In this document: piece by piece, positions 62,937 to 64,000 of the stretch | Position numbering within the stretch: the stretch's first letter is position 1 | How the letters are laid out: each line of letters opens with the position of its first letter | Source: Goleter apudmare HA4340-LM2 | GTDB lineage: Bacteria > Cyanobacteriota > Cyanobacteriia > Cyanobacteriales > Nostocaceae | DNA length: 64,000 bases | Assembly: GCA_019359495.1 (NCBI GenBank) | Contig: JAHHHF010000091.1 | Location: forward strand, 1 to 64,000 | Reading direction: 5' to 3' | Notes under the pieces: model-generated | Database searches by the model: none | What the model was told of the DNA's origin: nothing | Seen by the model: the letters and a program-made list of their open reading frames with translations, nothing else | Translations under genes and position numbers: made by a program

Positions 62937-63884
62937 GTGTTGCCCGTTAGAAAAACAATGAGATTATCATTCTCTAAATATCCCATAGCTGGGCTAGTAA
63001 GCGGGATTTTGCTATGTGAAAGCATTCTCTTCCCCTTCCCTACACTCTCTTTAACCCCGCCTCCCTTCCTATTGGCACAAAATAATAGTCAAGTCGCCAC
63101 AGACAAGTTAAATCAAGGCTTGCAAGCAATTCAGGCGGGACGATTACAAGATGCGATCGCTGCTTTTCGCCAAGCCACCCAGCTTGATCCCACCCTGGCA
63201 CCAGCACACTATAATTTGGGTTTAGCCCTGCGACAAGCAGGACAATTACAACCTGCGGCAGATGCATTTTATCGCGCGACCCAAGCCGATCCCAAGTTTG
63301 CCCTAGCCTTTGCCAATTTAGGCGGCGCGCTGTTAGAAGGAAATAACTTACAACTGGCGCATGATTATTTAAAAAGGGCAATAGAACTAGATCCTAAACT
63401 TGGTTTTGCCCACTATAACTTAGGGTTACTCAGAGAACAGCAACGCAATTGGGAGCAAGCGATCGCCTCTTTTAAAAAAGCGATGCAACACAGCCAAAAT
63501 GCACCAGAGCCAGCCTACCATTTAGGGTTATCTTATCTCCAACAAGACAAACTAGATCAAGCAAAAGATGCCTTTCGTCAAGCTTTGAAAAATTATCCTA
63601 AATATCCAGAAGCTCACTATAATCTTGGTTCTATTTGGCTGCAACAAGGGAAATTAACAGAGGCACTAGAATCTTTCAGAAAATCAGCAGAGGCTAACTC
63701 CAATTATCCCAATGCTTATTACGGTGCAGGTTTAGTTTTTATGCGATTACGCCAGTATCGAGAAGCGGCACAAGTATTCCAATTTGCCAGAGATTTATAC
63801 AACTCTCAGGGTAATCCGGATTGGGCGAGAAATGCCGAGCAATTTTTGCAGCAAGCACAGAATTTAAATTACCAGCCTCGCTGA
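62937..63884 (+). CDS. TPR-repeat protein with N-terminal signal/TM segment (315 aa)
   Basis: Seven or more 34-aa TPR units (A..HYNLG.A....G....A...F..A...DP). Confidence 0.75.
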   Translation: MLPVRKTMRLSFSKYPIAGLVSGILLCESILFPFPTLSLTPPPFLLAQNNSQVATDKLNQGLQAIQAGRLQDAIAAFRQATQLDPTLAPAHYNLGLALRQAGQLQPAADAFYRATQADPKFALAFANLGGALLEGNNLQLAHDYLKRAIELDPKLGFAHYNLGLLREQQRNWEQAIASFKKAMQHSQNAPEPAYHLGLSYLQQDKLDQAKDAFRQALKNYPKYPEAHYNLGSIWLQQGKLTEALESFRKSAEANSNYPNAYYGAGLVFMRLRQYREAAQVFQFARDLYNSQGNPDWARNAEQFLQQAQNLNYQPR

Positions 63885-64000
63885 GGCGCGATTGCTTAAC
63901 ATTGCGTAAAAATAGGATTACCGGGGGAATGGTTGGTGTGTTCTCAACTCATCCTATTGGAATGGAAATGTACATGCACAAGCGCTACAAGAGTCGATTT

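Noticed and set aside
1-64000. tRNA, rRNA or tmRNA genes
   Set aside because: No cloverleaf-compatible GTTCRANYC T-loop plus acceptor pairing was found by eye, and no rRNA-like stretches. Not excluded, but none supportable.

Overview
This window looks like chromosomal DNA from a heterocyst-forming cyanobacterium (Nostoc/Anabaena type). The evidence is dense HIP1 octamers (GCGATCGC), STRR1 (CCCCA[A/G]T) and STRR2 (TT[G/T]GTCA) heptamer tracts, a Rubisco activase with an RbcS-like tail, cyanophycinase, NdhH, CcdA/CcsB, a PAM68-like protein and PSRP-3. The dominant non-coding feature is a 3.1-kb CRISPR array at 14516-17659 with 44 copies of a 37-bp repeat (GTTTCAATCCCTAATAGGGATTAGTTGAAATTGCAAT) and 43 unique spacers. 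No cas gene lies anywhere in the 64 kb, so it is an orphan array sitting between arfB and a DAHP synthase gene. Repeat degeneracy at the left end, and the ATTGAAAC 3' handle that appears on the minus strand, argue that it is transcribed on the minus strand from an AT-rich leader at 17660-17950. Other content includes two stacked toxin-antitoxin-like pairs (VapBC and DUF433/DUF5615), an iron-siderophore uptake cluster (AraC regulator, TonB-dependent receptor, FecB-like binding protein), and an SPFH/flotillin gene followed by a Uma2 endonuclease gene and a Ser/Thr kinase-WD40 gene. There is also an oxidative/desiccation-stress gene island (DUF2267, a DJ-1/PfpI-ferritin fusion, SRPBCC, Zn-ADH, cupin, Mn-catalase), a MarR-ABC exporter operon, and a GIY-YIG nuclease gene next to a NuiA-like nuclease-inhibitor gene. 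Further along are the queF, ccdA-ccsB and rca genes and an 811-aa two-partner-secretion (filamentous-haemagglutinin-type) exoprotein gene. Immediately upstream of that is a tandemly duplicated about 1.35-kb cassette encoding two paralogous small proteins with a cysteine-rich C-terminus and near-identical 3' flanks made of MITE-like repeats. The window ends with a GAF-histidine kinase, an Rpn-family nuclease with an in-frame 24-bp repeat expansion, rsmH, ndhH, cofG, an EF-G paralog and a TPR protein. Several families of short interspersed repeats (MITE-like) and a 21-bp x 8.5 VNTR are scattered through the accessory parts. The most novel candidates are the orphan array, the duplicated Cys-rich cassette next to the TPS exoprotein, and the GIY-YIG/NuiA-like pair. 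No tRNA or rRNA was recognised.
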